This document shows positions 34,086-42,668 of a stretch of 64,000 nucleotides of DNA, piece after piece; position 1 is the stretch's first letter; each line of letters opens with the position of its first letter. A program made the translations under genes and the position numbers. The notes beneath the pieces are model-generated. The model made no database searches. It was not told the origin of the DNA and worked only from the letters and a program-made list of their open reading frames with translations. Origin of the DNA: Bifidobacteriaceae bacterium (lineage in GTDB: Bacteria > Actinomycetota > Actinomycetes > Actinomycetales > WQXJ01); NCBI GenBank assembly GCA_031281585.1, contig JAITFE010000060.1, positions 26,782-90,781 on the forward strand. Direction: 5' to 3'.

Positions 34086-35318
34086 ATGAGCATCCGCATC
34101 ACGCCCACCCACCTGGCCGACGGCCGCGAGTTCTTCTATTTCGACGATTCCCCCGGCTACGCCTCGGGGGACAAGACCAGGCGCTTGGACGACCCGCGCC
34201 CGCTGGCCGACCGCACGCAGCCGTTCACGGACCCGGCGACCGGCCTGACGGTCAACCCAACCGCGCCGGAAATGCGCCTCGACATGCTCACGGGCGAATG
34301 GATCCCAATGGCGTCGAACCGCATGAACCGGACGTTCCAGCCGGCCGCCGACTCGTGCCCGCTCTGCCCCGCGCAGCCCGGCTCGTTCTACCAGGACGGC
34401 GAGATCCCGGACATCGACTATGACGTGGTGGTCTTTGAAAACCGCTTCCCCTCGTACTGGCGGCTGCCCGGCGAAGGCGTCCACGCCGAGCGGCTCCAGG
34501 ACGGCCAAGGGCTCTGGCGCCAGCGCCCGGCGGCGGGCCGGTGCGAGGTGATCTGCTTCTCCCCGTACCACACCGGCCAGGTGGCGACGGTGGGCCCGAC
34601 CCGCATGCGGACCATCATCGAGGCTTGGGCCGTCCGCACCGACGCGTTGCAGAAGATGGACGGCATCTCGCAGGTCTACCCCTTCGAGAACCGCGGCCCG
34701 GAGATCGGCGTCACCCTGCCGCATCCGCACGGGCAGATCTACGGATACCCGAACATCACGCCCAAGACCGAGGCGATGCTCCGCCAAGCCGCCGCCTACG
34801 AACACGCGACCGGCCGCCATCTGCTCGCTGACACGGTAGCGGCGGAGGCGTCCGGGCCTCGCGTGGTGGCGGAAACCGAGCATTGGGTCGCCTACGTGCC
34901 GTACGCCGCCCGCTGGCCGGTGGAAATGCATTTGGCCCCGCGCGCCGACCACCTTGACCTGCCGTCCCTGACCGCGCCGGAACGCGACGACCTGGCGGTC
35001 CTCTACCCCCGCTTGCTGCGCGGACTGGACCGCTTCTTCCTGGACGAGGACGGCAACCCGATCCCCCTCCCGTACATCTCCGGCTGGCACCAGGCGCCAA
35101 CCGACCCGGCCGTCCGCCGCCTGGGCCGTCTGCACCTCCAGTTGTTCTCGATCCGCCGCGCGCCCGGCAAGCTCAAGTACCTGGCCGGGTCCGAATCCGG
35201 CATGGGCGCCTGGATTTCCGACACCACGCCGGAGCGGATCGCCGACCGGTTGCGCGCCGCGTTGGCCGAGTCGGACGCGCTCGCCCAGGCCAGCCGGCCC
35301 GAAGGCCGTCAGCCATGA
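34086..35318 (+). CDS. galT: Galactose-1-phosphate uridylyltransferase
   Basis: 410-aa ORF with the active-site motif LPHPHGQIYGYP. Its end overlaps the galK start by 4 nt. Confidence 0.9.
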   Translation: MSIRITPTHLADGREFFYFDDSPGYASGDKTRRLDDPRPLADRTQPFTDPATGLTVNPTAPEMRLDMLTGEWIPMASNRMNRTFQPAADSCPLCPAQPGSFYQDGEIPDIDYDVVVFENRFPSYWRLPGEGVHAERLQDGQGLWRQRPAAGRCEVICFSPYHTGQVATVGPTRMRTIIEAWAVRTDALQKMDGISQVYPFENRGPEIGVTLPHPHGQIYGYPNITPKTEAMLRQAAAYEHATGRHLLADTVAAEASGPRVVAETEHWVAYVPYAARWPVEMHLAPRADHLDLPSLTAPERDDLAVLYPRLLRGLDRFFLDEDGNPIPLPYISGWHQAPTDPAVRRLGRLHLQLFSIRRAPGKLKYLAGSESGMGAWISDTTPERIADRLRAALAESDALAQASRPEGRQP

Positions 35319-36661
35319 GCGACCCGCGCTTCTTCGAGGCTTGGAGCCCCGCCGAAGGGGCCGCCCGCGCGGATCAGGGGTTCCGCGCCCGGTTCGGCTC
35401 CGCGCCCGCCGGCGTTTGGGCCGCCCCCGGCCGCGTCAACCTGATCGGCGAGCACACCGACTACAACGGCGGCCTCTCGCTGCCCATCGCGCTCCCCCAC
35501 CGCACCTACTTCGCGGCCTCCCCCTCCGGCTCCGACAACGCCCGGCTCACCTCCGCCCAAGCCGCCGATGCCGTCTTCGAGATTCCCATGGCCCGTGTTG
35601 CCCCCGGCGCCGTCAAGGGTTGGGGCGCCTACGCCGTGGGCGTCCTGTGGGCGCTCCGCCTCCGCGACCTGCCAGCCCCCGCCCTGACCGGCCACGTCGA
35701 TTCGTGCGTGCCGCTGGGTGCGGGGCTGTCGTCATCGGCGGCGTTGGAGGCGGCCGTCGCCTTGGCGGCGACCGACTTGGGCGGCGGGTCCGGCGCCGGG
35801 TCGGTGGTTGACGGCGTTGTGTCTTCCGCCGGTTTTGGAGGCTTGCCCGATGCCGTGGGGGCGGTTGACGGCATCGGCGGCGTTGGGGTCTTCGCCGCCC
35901 GGAGCCTTGGCGGTGCGGGCGGGCCTGCTGGCGGCGAACGCGCGCGGCGGGCAATTCTGGCCGCGGCCTGCGTGGATGCCGAGAACCGGATCGCGGGCGC
36001 GCCGACCGGCGGGATGGACCAGGCGGCGGCGCTGCTTGCGGCGGAGGGCCACGCGCTGCTGGTCGACTCGACCAGCGGGGCGAGTGAACTGGTCCCGTTC
36101 GACCTGGCGGCGGCCGGGCTGGAACTGCTGGTGATCGACACCCGCGCCAAGCACGCGCTGGTGGACGGCCAGTACGGCGAGCGCCGGGCGACCTGCGAGC
36201 GGGCGGCCGCGGTCTTGGGCGTGGAGAATCTGGGCCAACTGCCGGTGGCGGAACTCCCCGAGGCGATAGCGCGCTTGGGCGGAGCGGACGCGGTGGCGGC
36301 GCGGCGGGTCAGGCATGTTGTCACGGAAATCGACCGGACCAGGCAATTCGTGGGGGCGCTGCGGGCCGGTGAACTGGCGTTGACGGGCCCGCTGATGGAC
36401 GGGTCGCACGCTTCCCTGCGGGACGATTACGAGGTGTCCGCCCCGGAGTTGGACTTGGCGGTGGCGGCCGCCCGCCAGGCGGGCGCGCTGGGCGCGCGAA
36501 TGACGGGCGGGGGATTCGGGGGCTCGGCCATAGCACTGGTCCGGCGGAGCGAATCTGCGACTGTGGCCGCCGCCGTGGCGGCGTCCTTCGCGCGGGCGGG
36601 CTGGAAAACGCCGGTGTTCCTGCTGGCCGACCCGGCTGGCCCGGCCGAGCGTTTGCTGTAA
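35315..36661 (+). CDS. galK: Galactokinase (with a Gly-rich insertion of about 50 aa)
   Basis: It carries GHMP kinase signatures (GRVNLIGEHTDYNGG, GAGLSSSAALEAA, GARMTGGGFGGS). Confidence 0.9.
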   Translation: MSDPRFFEAWSPAEGAARADQGFRARFGSAPAGVWAAPGRVNLIGEHTDYNGGLSLPIALPHRTYFAASPSGSDNARLTSAQAADAVFEIPMARVAPGAVKGWGAYAVGVLWALRLRDLPAPALTGHVDSCVPLGAGLSSSAALEAAVALAATDLGGGSGAGSVVDGVVSSAGFGGLPDAVGAVDGIGGVGVFAARSLGGAGGPAGGERARRAILAAACVDAENRIAGAPTGGMDQAAALLAAEGHALLVDSTSGASELVPFDLAAAGLELLVIDTRAKHALVDGQYGERRATCERAAAVLGVENLGQLPVAELPEAIARLGGADAVAARRVRHVVTEIDRTRQFVGALRAGELALTGPLMDGSHASLRDDYEVSAPELDLAVAAARQAGALGARMTGGGFGGSAIALVRRSESATVAAAVAASFARAGWKTPVFLLADPAGPAERLL

Positions 36662-36729
36662 CCGGCCCGTTTTCGAATCGCCGCCCTCGCATCCGTGCGG
36701 GCGTAGCCGCTCCCCGCTCCCGCGCCGCC

Positions 36730-37100
36730 GAGAGGCGGAATCTGTGCCGCCGGTTCGTCGACTGGTGGGTTTCGTGCCACTCCGACGCCCAGTGGCGGAT
36801 TTTGTTACACCCCTTTCGCCCAGTGGCGGATTGTGTCCGGGCCGGTTGACGTTTGCGCTGGTCAGAAGGGCGGGCCGAACCGAAAGGGGGACATTATCCG
36901 CCACTCGACGCGCCGGAAGGCCCCGGACGGCACAGGAAACGCCATTCGACGTGTTCTGCGGCACAAAATCCACCAGTCGCCGTCCAGTGGCGGATCCTGT
37001 CACACCCCTTTCGCCCAGTGGCGGATTCTGTGCCGCTGGCCCCAAGACTGGCGGATGCTGTGCCGCGCAGCCCGCCGAGTGGACGATTCTGTACGGGCTT
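36730..37100. repeat. Array of at least 10 copies of a roughly 16-20-nt motif (consensus about CAGTGGCGGATnnTGT) in both orientations, about 31-nt phasing
   Basis: Forward copies lie at about 36733, 36761, 36790, 36821, 36985, 37016, 37047 and 37077. Inverted copies lie at about 36891 (ACATTATCCGCCACTC) and about 36955 (CACAAAATCCACCAGTC). The 31-nt unit CAGTGGCGGATTTTGTTACACCCCTTTCGCC is directly repeated. Confidence 0.8.
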
Positions 37101-37244
37101 CCCGATCACCCAGGCCAGCCCGCGCAAGGCACCGCCAGACTTGAAGCGGATTCCTTCGAGGAATGAGCAAGGGCACGGTGTTCTTGCGGGAAGACGCGGC
37201 CGGTTCGGGCGAGCGTTTGCTGTGGCCGCATTAAGATTGATGGC

Positions 37245-37643
37245 ATGGAGGCAACGGAGCTGGAAGTCCTGCCGGGACGTTTTTCGATCGTCAAATTGCC
37301 GAGTGTGGCCCATGCCGCCATTTTGATTGGGCAGCCTGCGTCCCACCCCGCGTTCCTCGCCATCACGGACAAGGAAATCTCACTGGTCTGCCCCTCGGCG
37401 GCGGTGCCGCGCACCGCCGTGGCCCGCGACGACGGCTGGTCTTTGATGCGCCTGCCCGGCGAGTGGGATTTCCGAGTGGTCGGCGTCCTGTCAGCGCTCA
37501 CCACCATCCTGGCCGAGGCGAAAGTCCCTGTCTTCACCGTCTCCACCTTTGACACCGACTACCTGCTGGTGAAATCCGTCAACTTGGAGCGCGCCGCCCG
37601 GGCGCTGAATCAAAGCGGCGTGTCGGTCCACCTCCCAGCCTGA
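37245..37643 (+). CDS. Small ACT-domain protein (ACT_7-like)
   Basis: 132-aa ORF. GRFSIVKLP... and ...VPVFTVSTFDTDYLLVK resemble small ACT_7-type proteins, from memory. Confidence 0.6.
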   Translation: MEATELEVLPGRFSIVKLPSVAHAAILIGQPASHPAFLAITDKEISLVCPSAAVPRTAVARDDGWSLMRLPGEWDFRVVGVLSALTTILAEAKVPVFTVSTFDTDYLLVKSVNLERAARALNQSGVSVHLPA

Positions 37644-37708
37644 TCCGGAACTGTCGCCAACCCAAGGTTGCAGCCGCCTCACGATGCGTGATGCGTTATG
37701 CTTGATGC

Positions 37709-37957
37709 GTGAGAACAACGCTCACGATCGATGACGATGTGCTTGCGGCCGCGAAGGAAATCGCCCACGCCGAGCGCCGAGCCACCGGGGCAGTCCTGTC
37801 AGACCTCGCCAGGGGTCAACTCTTGGCACGCAATTCCGGGGGCAACACCGGGCTTGCCCTGCAACCCGGTCCTTTGGGCTTCCCTGTCCTGCCCTCGCGT
37901 GGCGGGATTGTGACGAATCAGGACGTGGCCAAACTGCGTGATGAACTGGGCATTTGA
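37709..37957 (+). CDS. vapB: Type II antitoxin, VapB family
   Basis: 82-aa ORF with a GTG start. MRTTLTIDDDVLAAAKEIA... is a typical VapB N-terminus. It overlaps the downstream PIN gene by 4 nt. Confidence 0.75.
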   Translation: MRTTLTIDDDVLAAAKEIAHAERRATGAVLSDLARGQLLARNSGGNTGLALQPGPLGFPVLPSRGGIVTNQDVAKLRDELGI

Positions 37958-38388
37958 TGGCGGTCCTCTTGGATGTCAGCGCGCTCATCGCGTTGCTTGA
38001 CCCCGATCACGCCTCCCACCAGACCGTCAACGACTGGATGGCGATCAACTCCCTCGAACGCTGGGCCAGTTGCCCAATCACCGAAAACGGATATGTCCGG
38101 ATCGTTTCCCAGCCCAGCTACCCGCATCCCCTCACAATCGGTCTCGCCTTGGCGGCCCTGACCGCCGCGCGCAATTCGCCTCGCCACGAGTTCTGGCCTT
38201 GCGACATATCCGTGGCCGACGCGCAAAGAGTTGACACGTCTTTGGTGCTCGGCCCGGCCCAGGTCACAGACACGTACCTCCTGGCGCTCGCGGTCGCGAG
38301 ACGCGGACGCTTCGTGACTCTGGACAGACGTGCGTCGTTGGCCGCCGTTCCCGGCGCCACGCGGACCAGTGTCGTGCTCCTTGCCTGA
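37954..38388 (+). CDS. vapC: Type II toxin, VapC (PIN-domain ribonuclease)
   Basis: 144-aa ORF with PIN signatures (LLDVSALIALLDPDH..., TENGYVRI, TDTYLLALAVARRGRFVTLDRR). Confidence 0.8.
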   Translation: MMAVLLDVSALIALLDPDHASHQTVNDWMAINSLERWASCPITENGYVRIVSQPSYPHPLTIGLALAALTAARNSPRHEFWPCDISVADAQRVDTSLVLGPAQVTDTYLLALAVARRGRFVTLDRRASLAAVPGATRTSVVLLA

Positions 38389-38723
38389 CAGGCCGCAAGG
38401 CGTGGCTCTAACTGACCCTCGCGGCCACAGTCTTCTTCCTGGTCCTAACTCCTGCCACTGGCCTTAGTACGTACTTTGGCGGTCGCGTTGGCGGTCGCGT
38501 CGAGGATCCCTTGCGCTTCTCTAATGGTGGGTGGCTGGCCTGAGGCTGGCTGGCCGGGACGCGGCAGACGTGTTCGGGGACGTCGAGTGTGGCACGACAG
38601 GTGATCAATGTGGGCCCCTTCGGGGGAAGACGGACGGTAACAAGACCAGCTTCCCGATGGGGGGCCCGCATCCGGTCACGCCACGCCGCGAACCAGCAGG
38701 TCAACCCTCCCGATCAAACACGG

Positions 38724-39956
38724 TCAAAGGGCGCGAAGCGCGGCTGCACCGGCAGTGAAAACAGCCGCGAACCGGTCGCGGCTCTCTGAATCCAGACCGT
38801 GCATGGTCGCTGCGGCAACCCATCGGGCAGACGCGGCGGCGACCTCCCGCGCCGTGACGCGGGCCTGTTCAGCGGTTAGGCCGAAGGCCTGGGCGTGCTC
38901 CAAGAGCGCGGCGGCGCTGCCCGAAGTGTCGAGGGCACCGCCTATCGGCGTGACCCGCGGCTGGCGCGAATCCGGGGTGGGGTTGATGTCGAACGCCGGC
39001 GCCAGCCTCCACCCGGTCCCAGCCCGGAGCAGACCCATGTTCCTGAGGTGGTCATCCGTGTTGTGGACGGCGACCGTGAAGGCGATGCGCCGCCACAGCT
39101 CCGCCAAGTCCCGCGACGGGTCCGCGCTGAGGCGGCCCAACGCCTCGGCGACGTCCAGGTAGTCGGCCTGGGCGGCATCGTCCACCGGCACCGCCGTCAA
39201 CGCGCTGATGTACGGAACGCGGCGGCTGCCCTCCCGGTCGAAGCGGCGGGACAGGAGGACCGAGCGGTCCGCCACGCGCGCTAGGCGTGTCTCGGGGACC
39301 TCTATTCCGGCCTCGGCGGCCAGCGCCAGTCCCACCGCTTCCCACGCCATCACGTCCCAGCGGTCGTGCGAATGGGGGAACTTGGCGATCAGCAGATCCC
39401 GCCCGTCGCTCACCGCGGCTTTGGGCCGGGCCCCGCCCAGGGAAGCGCTGCCAGCGCTTAGCAGCGCTTTCACCGCATCCTCGGCATCTTCTCCCGTCTG
39501 GGTCGCTTGGTCTGCGGCGCGCAACAGCTTGGGCAGTTCGACCAGTTTCGGCACCTGCCGGGCCGGGTGCTGAAACGCGCCGCCCAGGGTGAGCGCGAAG
39601 CGGAGGGCCCCCTGGCGGGTAGCGTCCGAGACGCCCAGCAGATAGTCCTGGTCGGTCAAGCGCCGGGTGGCGCGGCCCCCCTTGCGCGCGACGGCGGCCT
39701 CCCGCTTATCGATGAGCATCCTGCCCCAGCGGTCCGGCGCCGCGTCGAGCAGCGCGCGGGGCAGCGGCCCGGCGGAAGGCCAAGAGCCAGCCATGAGCGG
39801 GATCGCAGGGTCGATCGAGTAAGCGTCAGAGCGTGCCAGGTACGCGGGCTCGTAGCCCAAGACACTGGTCAACCGCCCGCGGCGAACCGAGGTGTAAACA
39901 GTGGCTGCCTTCACGTCGCCGCCGCTCGCCGCCAGATAGACGTGTACCTCGGTCAT
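38724..39956 (-). CDS. hipA: Type II toxin, HipA-family serine/threonine kinase
   Basis: From MTEVHVYL... (start 39956) the product is 410 aa. It has a HipA N-terminal domain (LDAAPDRWGRMLI) and the C-terminal catalytic motif VAVHNTDDHLRNMGLL. The ATG overlaps the hipB stop (ATGA). The part of the ORF upstream of 39956 is rejected. Confidence 0.85.
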   Translation of the reverse strand: MTEVHVYLAASGGDVKAATVYTSVRRGRLTSVLGYEPAYLARSDAYSIDPAIPLMAGSWPSAGPLPRALLDAAPDRWGRMLIDKREAAVARKGGRATRRLTDQDYLLGVSDATRQGALRFALTLGGAFQHPARQVPKLVELPKLLRAADQATQTGEDAEDAVKALLSAGSASLGGARPKAAVSDGRDLLIAKFPHSHDRWDVMAWEAVGLALAAEAGIEVPETRLARVADRSVLLSRRFDREGSRRVPYISALTAVPVDDAAQADYLDVAEALGRLSADPSRDLAELWRRIAFTVAVHNTDDHLRNMGLLRAGTGWRLAPAFDINPTPDSRQPRVTPIGGALDTSGSAAALLEHAQAFGLTAEQARVTAREVAAASARWVAAATMHGLDSESRDRFAAVFTAGAAALRAL

Positions 39957-40255
39957 CGGCGCACCCGCTTCGGAAGCGACTGGTCTGCGCGGGCGCGGCC
40001 CAGGTCCGTCTCGTACGGGTCCGTCGCAAGCACGATGCCGTCCAGCACTCCCAGCCCCGAGGCCACCGAGAGCACCGCGCCCAGGCTCACCCCCAGGTCG
40101 CCGCGCTCCAAACGCCCGAGCGTGCCGCGCGCTATGCCGGCTCTGTCCGCCACCTGCTCGGCGGTCAGGCCGAGCAGCTTCCGCCAGGTGGCGAGTTGCT
40201 GCCCAATGTCGCCGGCGGCCTCTCTGACCATGCGGGTGGGCGGGCGCGAGCTCAT
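39953..40255 (-). CDS. hipB: XRE-family HTH antitoxin (HipB-like)
   Basis: 100-aa ORF with an HTH (LGLTAEQVADRAGIARGTLGRLERG), located immediately upstream of hipA and overlapping it. Confidence 0.8.
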   Translation of the reverse strand: MSSRPPTRMVREAAGDIGQQLATWRKLLGLTAEQVADRAGIARGTLGRLERGDLGVSLGAVLSVASGLGVLDGIVLATDPYETDLGRARADQSLPKRVRR

Positions 40256-40612
40256 GGCTGGCTCCTGTCTTAGAGTGCGAATTTACGACCACAGTACCGC
40301 TTTAGGAGCGAAATATCGACCCTTGGCGCGGATGGGCGGGGCCTGCGGTCAGAACGCGCGGAGCCCCTCCAGTGCGCGAGGCGGCGCCCCGTCTTGGGTC
40401 AGCTTCTCGGGCTCGGGCTCGGGCTTGGGCGGGGCTGTGGCCTGCGGGTTTGCGTTGTTCTGGGGTGTTTTGGGGGCATTAATCTTGGGGTGTGAGACCG
40501 CATATTCGGACGGTGAGGACCGCGTCGAGCGCTCGTGCGGTGCAGATCGTGTGGTCCAAGCCGCGGCGCGGCAGGGGCGTATTCGGGCGGAGGAGCCCGC
40601 AGAACGCGGGAA

Positions 40613-41098
40613 TCAGTCCAAGCCCAGCGTGCGACGCAGGTCCGGCAGCGTGGCCACGCAGGTGAACCGCCCGCCCATGGCGAACTGGAAACCCAGGCGC
40701 TCGCAGAGCGCCGCCGCGCGGTCATTCCTCGCGTGGATCAGCACCGCCCTGACTCCGATCTGGCTGCCCGCCGCCACGGCCCGCCGGACGGCATCGCGAA
40801 CCAACGACGAGCCGACCCCGATCCCCTGGTAATTCGCGTCAACGGCCAACCGAGCCAGCACGACCACGGGGACCCTGCCCGGCATGTCGCCGGGCTCGAC
40901 GGACCCGGCCGCCAGAGCGTAGTAACCCGCCAGTTCGCCGGTCCGGGCCGCGGTGGAGACAAAAGTGCGGCTCGCGCCACGCGCGTCGTTGGCCAGGGCC
41001 CGCTCGCGCAGCCACGCGTCAAGCTCCGGATCCCCGCAGCTGAAGCCAGCCGTAACATCCGATGGCCGAATTGGCCGGGGTGCCGCGAACGCCGTCAT
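40613..41098 (-). CDS. GNAT-family acetyltransferase toxin (TacT/KacT-like)
   Basis: From MTAFAAPRPIRPSDV... the product is 161 aa. It has a GNAT core (LARLAVDANYQGIGVGSSLVRDAV) and the FSCGDPELDAWL motif typical of DUF1778-partnered toxins. Its ATG overlaps the antitoxin stop (TGATG). Confidence 0.8.
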   Translation of the reverse strand: MTAFAAPRPIRPSDVTAGFSCGDPELDAWLRERALANDARGASRTFVSTAARTGELAGYYALAAGSVEPGDMPGRVPVVVLARLAVDANYQGIGVGSSLVRDAVRRAVAAGSQIGVRAVLIHARNDRAAALCERLGFQFAMGGRFTCVATLPDLRRTLGLD

Positions 41099-41370
41099 CA
41101 AGACACCGATGGCTGTTCCATGAACTCGCGCAGACCTGGCAAGACACGGGCCGGATGGTCGATCGCCTCGTTGAACGCCGCCCATTCATCGGGACTGAGC
41201 ACTATCCTCTGCCTGTCCGCGAGGACCTGTTCGGCCCGGTCGACCAGGGCAGACACGGAGAACTCAGTCAGCGTTTGGTCGCCCGTCTGGGCAGCGCGTT
41301 CGATCAATTGCTTCTGGCGTTTGGTCAGACGCACCGCCAGACGCTCGTCTTTAAGGGCCGCGGTCGACAT
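41098..41370 (-). CDS. DUF1778-family antitoxin (TacA/KacA-like, RHH)
   Basis: From MSTAALKDERLAVRLTKRQKQLIERAA... the product is 90 aa, a typical DUF1778 sequence. The ORF-track start at 41406 is an alternative. Confidence 0.8.
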   Translation of the reverse strand: MSTAALKDERLAVRLTKRQKQLIERAAQTGDQTLTEFSVSALVDRAEQVLADRQRIVLSPDEWAAFNEAIDHPARVLPGLREFMEQPSVS

Positions 41371-41471
41371 GGCGCTAGTGTACGCCTGAGCGAACCACAC
41401 TTCCATTGCGCCAAGTTGCGGCCGGCGCCGCCGATAGTTGATCTGCGAGCCGCGTCCGTTCGCGAGGCCCC

Positions 41472-42668
41472 TCAGGAGTGTTCAGCCAAGAATCGTTGCA
41501 TGCTCTCCTCCATCCGGTCGAGTTCCGCCTGGTGCTCAGATATGAACTCGGTCTGGCGGTCTTTCAACGCGGCCGCGTAGCGTTCCACGTAACCAGTCTC
41601 TTGACGGCAAACAAAATCGGCTGCCGCGATATCCCGTTCGGCTTGCGACCCGACCAAAGACTGCTGGACCTCGGGGATGTCTTCGCCGTAGTAGGTCCGC
41701 CCCACCTCCATTATGAACAATTCACCGTCCGGGCCTGTCGACACCGCGACCTCGAACGCGGTCCGCGGAACGGCATATTTCACATCGACTAAGTATTTAG
41801 AAAAGACCTCGCCCATCTCACCGTTGATCAGGCAGTCTTTGAATTCGCGTTTCAGCTCCACGATTTCCGGAAGGTCGTCAACTGACTTCACATCCTCTGC
41901 TTCAGACACCACGGAGGAGTCCTCCGATCCACCAAAGCCAACATCCGACGCGCCGGTTGTCCGGCCCATCGCAATCAGCGGCTCCAGGAAGCTCACGTCC
42001 ACCGAGGCCGCATCAGGGACTTGGGCATAGGCGCGCTCGTAGCAATTCCCCGCGATTGGCGTCGCGCCGGCTTCGTCCTCTTCGGTCAACCCGACAAGCG
42101 CCAAATCGTAGGCCTGTCTTGCGGAATCCGACAAAGACTCGTAATACTCACTGTTCTCGGCCTCTCCTTCGAGCGGACCGGGCTCGAACGCCCCGGTGTA
42201 CTCGCCCATACTCAGAACCCCGTAGCCGACCTTTAGCGTCTCATCCAAAGTGTTGGGAAGCACAGGCACATCCCCAAGCGTGTCACCCGTCAGCGCGTAG
42301 GGGCCATACACATCTTCCGACGCCTCCGCAGGCGGAGTCGGCTCCAGCGGAAAGTAGGTGAATCCGGATTCCTTCATGCACTTGGCGATGATTTGCTGTT
42401 GAGCCCGATAAACATCGTCCCAAGCAGCCTGTTCCACATCCCGCGCTACCGCGACCACGCGTCGAGCGGCCTCATAATACGGCGCGAACGGCAACTCAAC
42501 CGGTGACGGCGAATCCGTCCGAGCGATCGGCAACTCAACCGTTCCGAGCACGACCGCCGAACCGCCGGTGTCCGTGGATACCGGAGCATCCACGGACACC
42601 GGACCTGTACAGGCCGTCACCAAGACCAGCAAGGCGACAGCCAAGACGACGGCCCGGCCAGAATTCAT
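41472..42668 (-). CDS. Hypothetical secreted lipoprotein (no family recognised)
   Basis: 398-aa ORF with signal peptide and lipobox MNSGRAVVLAVALLVLVTAC. The mature protein is acidic. GC content is visibly lower than in the neighbouring genes. Confidence 0.6.
   Translation of the reverse strand: MNSGRAVVLAVALLVLVTACTGPVSVDAPVSTDTGGSAVVLGTVELPIARTDSPSPVELPFAPYYEAARRVVAVARDVEQAAWDDVYRAQQQIIAKCMKESGFTYFPLEPTPPAEASEDVYGPYALTGDTLGDVPVLPNTLDETLKVGYGVLSMGEYTGAFEPGPLEGEAENSEYYESLSDSARQAYDLALVGLTEEDEAGATPIAGNCYERAYAQVPDAASVDVSFLEPLIAMGRTTGASDVGFGGSEDSSVVSEAEDVKSVDDLPEIVELKREFKDCLINGEMGEVFSKYLVDVKYAVPRTAFEVAVSTGPDGELFIMEVGRTYYGEDIPEVQQSLVGSQAERDIAAADFVCRQETGYVERYAAALKDRQTEFISEHQAELDRMEESMQRFLAEHS

Noticed and set aside
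36730-37100. The motif array considered as a CRISPR array or as a chromosomal origin (DnaA-box cluster).
   Set aside because: Not CRISPR: the repeats are only about 16-20 nt, they are degenerate, they occur in both orientations, the intervening stretches are about 11-15 nt and partly conserved, and there are no cas genes. Not oriC: the motif (ATCCGCCAC) differs from the TT(A/G)TCCACA DnaA box by an insertion, and there is no dnaA/dnaN context. It is kept as an unexplained array in the findings.
38389-38723. ORFs 38408..38704 (-), 38531..38758 (+) and 38589..38789 (+) in the convergent gap between vapC and hipA, plus the 10-bp palindrome AGTACGTACT at about 38466.
   Set aside because: The ORFs have no RBS and no motifs, they mutually overlap, and they partly overlap hipA. 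The palindrome is too short to interpret. The gap may hold terminators or gene remnants.
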